This document shows positions 60,721-64,000 of a stretch of 64,000 nt of DNA, in pieces. The notes below the pieces were generated by a model. It searched no databases and was not told the DNA's origin. It saw nothing but the letters and a program-made list of their open reading frames with translations. The DNA lies in NCBI GenBank assembly GCA_046290465.1, contig JBKAGP010000001.1, positions 864,001 to 928,000 on the forward strand. Reading direction: 5' to 3'. This stretch comes from Planctomycetota bacterium. Lineage in GTDB: Bacteria > Planctomycetota > UBA1135 > UBA2386. Each line of letters starts with the position of its first letter. The first letter of the stretch is position 1. Made by a program: the position numbers and the translations under genes.

Positions 60721-62331
60721 TCAGCGGCAGCGACCGATCAGGCGCGCGCGGAACCCCGCGGCGTGCACCGGTCCGCGGCGCTGCCGCGACCGCTCGAGCG
60801 CGGCCGGCAGCAGCCGCCGCGCCGCGATCGCGAGACCCGACGGCGTATCGGCCCGCACGGTCACCAGGTAGCCGCCGCCGGCAGGAGCCCGCTGCAGCAC
60901 GTCGTCCGCGCGGTCGTCGGCCGCGACCACCAGGCGATCGCCTGGCGCGGGGTTCGAGCCGACGACGCGCACCCCGACCCGGTCGACCAGCACGGTGAAC
61001 TCGCGCCAGGCGTTGCGGTCGTGGCGGGTCGGGTCGCGCACGAAGAAGACCTCGTCGACCGAGCCGAGCCAGCACTCGCGCAGCAGCGCGTGCAGCGACT
61101 CGCGGGTCCAGTCCGGCGAGCCGACGTCGACGACCAGCGCGTCGTCCGACGCGACGGCGCCCATCCGGTAGCAGCCGAACGGCACGCCGTCGTCGCCGCC
61201 GGCGCGCAGCGCCTGGAACAGCGCCGCGGTCGCGTCGGCCATCGCCCCGAGATCCTGCGCGCGCACGACCAGCCGTTCGCCGACGTCGAGCACGAACGCG
61301 GCGTCGAGCCGTGGCTCGAGCCGCAGCACCAGGTCGCCGGCCGCGCCGGCGTCGCCGTCGACGAGGCCGGGGCGCGAGGTCGCGGGCAGGTCCAGCTGGT
61401 CCAGCAGGTAGGCGGCGAGCGGCCGCAACTCCGCGGGGGTGTGGCACCGCGCGCCGCGCCCGAGCCGGAACGCGCCGTCGCCGGCGTCGGTGCGCTCCAG
61501 ACGCGGCACCACCGGCAGCTCGGCCCAGCGGCCGCGGCGCTGCTGCCGCTGGTCCTGCGCGAACAGCCAGTCGAGGCCACCGTCCGGACCGTAGGCGACC
61601 TGCCACGCGTCGTGCTCGACACCGGGTAGCTGGTGCGCCTGCAGCGGCATGCCGTGGCGGGCAAACGCCGCGAGCATCGCGCGCGTCTGGTCGATCGGCA
61701 CGACCGGATCGTCGACGCCGTGAAAGACCTGCATCGGCAGCCCGCACAGCGCGCCCACCCGCGTCGGGTCGCCGCCGCCGCAGACCGCGAGCGCCGCCGC
61801 GAACCGATCGGCGTGCCGCATGGCCAGGTCCCACGTGCCGTAGCCGCCCATCGACAGGCCGGTCAGGTAGACCCGCGCCGGATCGACGCCGTCGCGCCGC
61901 AGCACCTCGTCGAGCGCCTGCAGCACCGCCCGCATCGGTCGCGACGGCCGGTCGGGCATCGGTTGGGGTTCGCGCTCGCCCCACGCCACCTCGACCCAGC
62001 GCGCGTCGTCGGGGCACTGCAGCGCCAGCAGGTAGCACGGGTAGCGTTCGCGCAGCTCCGGCCGCGCCAGGCGCTGCGGCAGCCACGTCAGCTGCCGCAG
62101 GTTGTCGTCGCCGCGTTCGCCGGCGCCGTGCAGGAACACCACCAGCGGGCGCGCGACGTCGCGCTGGTCGGGCCGCGGCGTCAGCAGCCGGTACGGGTAG
62201 CGCACGCCCTCGACCTCGACGGCGTGCGCCTCGAACGCCTCGACGTCGGGCTGCGGGCGCTGCTGGCCGTGGGCGGGCGCCATCAGTGCGACCAACAGCA
62301 GGCTGGAAAGCGGGATCGGATAGGCGCGCAC
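60721..62331 (-). CDS. Secreted alpha/beta hydrolase (predicted peptidase/esterase) fused to degenerate GH20 hexosaminidase-like domains
   Basis: FLHGAGERGDDN; TGLSMGGYG; FHGVDDPVV; GVEHDAW; C-terminal half LPVVPR...GDGAFRL...LAAYL...ATAALFQAL. Confidence 0.8.
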   Translation of the reverse strand: MRAYPIPLSSLLLVALMAPAHGQQRPQPDVEAFEAHAVEVEGVRYPYRLLTPRPDQRDVARPLVVFLHGAGERGDDNLRQLTWLPQRLARPELRERYPCYLLALQCPDDARWVEVAWGEREPQPMPDRPSRPMRAVLQALDEVLRRDGVDPARVYLTGLSMGGYGTWDLAMRHADRFAAALAVCGGGDPTRVGALCGLPMQVFHGVDDPVVPIDQTRAMLAAFARHGMPLQAHQLPGVEHDAWQVAYGPDGGLDWLFAQDQRQQRRGRWAELPVVPRLERTDAGDGAFRLGRGARCHTPAELRPLAAYLLDQLDLPATSRPGLVDGDAGAAGDLVLRLEPRLDAAFVLDVGERLVVRAQDLGAMADATAALFQALRAGGDDGVPFGCYRMGAVASDDALVVDVGSPDWTRESLHALLRECWLGSVDEVFFVRDPTRHDRNAWREFTVLVDRVGVRVVGSNPAPGDRLVVAADDRADDVLQRAPAGGGYLVTVRADTPSGLAIAARRLLPAALERSRQRRGPVHAAGFRARLIGRCR

Positions 62332-62364
62332 GGCATCGTGGTCGGGCGGAGGACGTCGGTGGGG

Positions 62365-63873
62365 TCAGGTGACCGGCGGGCCGTCGGTCGCCGCGACCGC
62401 CGAGCCGGCAAGGTAGCCGCGCAACACCGCTGCCGGCAGGTCCTCGCCGCAGAACAGCCGGACCTGCGCACGGGCCTGCGCGAGGAACATCTCGACGCCG
62501 GGCACGGCGCGCGCGCCGGCAGCCGCGCAGTCGCGCAGCAGCCGGGTCCAGGTCGGCCGGTAGACCAGGTCGTGCACGATCACGTCGTCGCCGGGCACGT
62601 AGTCGGGCAGCAGCCGTTCGTCGCCGTCGCGGCCCTGGCTGCCGACCGGCGTCGCCTGCACCAGCACCTTGGGCCGCAGCTGCTTCAGCACGTTCTCGCT
62701 GAGGCTGCCGAGCTTGATGCCGTGCACGTCGGCGAAGCTGCGCGCCGCGTCGAGCGAACGACCGAGCATGGTCACCTGGTAGCCGAGCTGGCGCAGCGCG
62801 AACGCGGCGGCGCGGGCGGCGCCGCCGGCGCCGAGCACGACCGCCGGGTCCCCGTCGGCGGCGACGGCGCCGGCCTGGGTCAGCGCATCGCGCACGCCGA
62901 GCACGTCGGTGTTGTAGCCGACGAAGCCGCCGCCGTCGGCGGGCACCATCGTGTTGACGACGCCGACCGCCGACGCCTCGTCGCTGGTGTGCACGCACGC
63001 ATCGAGCATGCGTTCCTTGAACGGCGCGGTGACCGAGAAGCCGCCGACGCGGTCGGCCGGCAGCATGCCGATGACCGCTTCCGGCCGCGAGGTCTCCAGC
63101 GGCAGGTAGACCGCATCCAGGCCGAGGCGACGGAACGCGCGGTTGTGCAGCCACGGCCCGAGCGACTGCAGCGCCGGGTTGCCGAGCAGGCCGAACCAGC
63201 GCGTCGCCGGCCCGAGCCGCTGCACGCGGTAGATGCCGGCCAGCATCGCGACCGTCGGCTGGTCGGGCACCACCACCTCGCGCGCATCGAGCGCGCCGTA
63301 GACGAACGGCGCTCCCATCGCCGCGGCCATCACCCGGGTCGGCCACGCGGTCCGCCCCATCGCGAACGCCGTCGTCGGCTGCTCGTCCTGGTCGGTCCGC
63401 CGCAGCAGTTCGAGCACCGGCGCGGCATCGGCGAGGTCGTGCGCGGTGACCACCAGCTTGACGACCGTTCCGGGCGTCGACAGCTCGTCGCGGATCCGCC
63501 CGAGCTCCTTGGGCACGCCGGTGAAGCTGTGGAACGAACGGATCCGCAGCTTGAGGCCGGTGTGGCCGGCCGGCGGCGTCCAGGTCTCCCACTGCTCGAG
63601 GTCGATGCCCTGCGCCCCCGAACGCAGCGCGTGCGTCAGCAGTTCGCGGCGCGCGGTCAGCGTGCCGCGGTACGCACCGCCGTCCTCGGGCGTGCGGCAG
63701 GCGACCAGCACCGGCAGGCCGATCGCCGCGATGACGCCCTCGAGGTCGTCGGCGGCCTGCCAGGTGTCGAGGCGCAGTTCGACCCAGTCGGCGCCGAGCA
63801 TCGCGGCGCGCCGGGCGTCGCGCACCACCTGCGCGCGGGTCCGCGCGAGCACGCTGGCGATGATCTGGGCCAT
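62365..63873 (-). CDS. aroE: Bifunctional type I 3-dehydroquinate dehydratase / shikimate dehydrogenase (AroD-AroE fusion)
   Basis: DWVELRLD; CRTPEDGG; SFHSF; FAMG; GNPALQSLGPWLHN; SVTAPFK; VNT; GYNTD; GAGGAARA; DLVY; GVEMFLAQA. Confidence 0.92.
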   Translation of the reverse strand: MAQIIASVLARTRAQVVRDARRAAMLGADWVELRLDTWQAADDLEGVIAAIGLPVLVACRTPEDGGAYRGTLTARRELLTHALRSGAQGIDLEQWETWTPPAGHTGLKLRIRSFHSFTGVPKELGRIRDELSTPGTVVKLVVTAHDLADAAPVLELLRRTDQDEQPTTAFAMGRTAWPTRVMAAAMGAPFVYGALDAREVVVPDQPTVAMLAGIYRVQRLGPATRWFGLLGNPALQSLGPWLHNRAFRRLGLDAVYLPLETSRPEAVIGMLPADRVGGFSVTAPFKERMLDACVHTSDEASAVGVVNTMVPADGGGFVGYNTDVLGVRDALTQAGAVAADGDPAVVLGAGGAARAAAFALRQLGYQVTMLGRSLDAARSFADVHGIKLGSLSENVLKQLRPKVLVQATPVGSQGRDGDERLLPDYVPGDDVIVHDLVYRPTWTRLLRDCAAAGARAVPGVEMFLAQARAQVRLFCGEDLPAAVLRGYLAGSAVAATDGPPVT

Positions 63874-63877
63874 GGGG

Positions 63878-64000
63878 TCAGGAGGGGTCGTGGTCGGAGG
63901 CGTCGTGGTCGGGGGCGTCGTCGCGCGCCCGCGAGGAGAGCAGGTCGGCCAGGCGTTCGCAAACGTCGTCGGGCAGGCCCTCGCCGCGGGCCAGCCGCAG
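63878..64000 (-). CDS. C-terminal end of a gene entering from the right edge
   Basis: Open frame LRLARGEGLPDDVCERLADLLSSRARDDAPDHDASDHDPS*, stop 4 nt before the aroDE ATG. Confidence 0.6.
   Translation of the reverse strand: MRLARGEGLPDDVCERLADLLSSRARDDAPDHDASDHDPS

Noticed and set aside
1..64000. tRNA, rRNA, IS elements, integrases
   Set aside because: Intergenic gaps are short; no cloverleaf, transposase or recombinase motifs recognised

Overview
High-GC (roughly 70-75% by eye), gene-dense bacterial chromosome segment, most likely from a Planctomycetota lineage. This is inferred from the PilM-PilN fusion, AroD-AroE fusion, two ECF sigma/Ser-Thr kinase pairs and secreted proteins sharing a ...QW...D..AN..G...SN...GN C-terminal domain. 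About 45 CDS; no rRNA, tRNA, CRISPR or mobile element recognised. Bases 1-19135 (minus strand) hold a tightly coupled, non-canonical type IV pilus/T2SS-like operon. Its order is FHA membrane protein, PilM-PilN, PilO-like, TPR protein, five prepilins, a Zn-finger secreted protein and a PPIase. One prepilin is a 1727-aa GspK/PilX-like giant with about six copies of a phage-structural-protein-like beta repeat and a split LamG-like domain. Next come rsmE, two tandem secreted paralogs with a near-identical 1.06-kb core, tricorn protease, an RlmI-type methyltransferase, pheST-rplT-rpmI, egtB, an S46 peptidase and an orphan histidine kinase. Three paralogous ATP-grasp ligases flank glycogen synthase, followed by a PPTase, sialate O-acetylesterase, an esterase fused to a degenerate GH20 domain, and aroDE. 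Many operon-leading genes have a YANNNT -10-like box 6-9 nt before the start codon, suggesting leaderless mRNAs. All calls come from motif recognition by eye; no searches were run.
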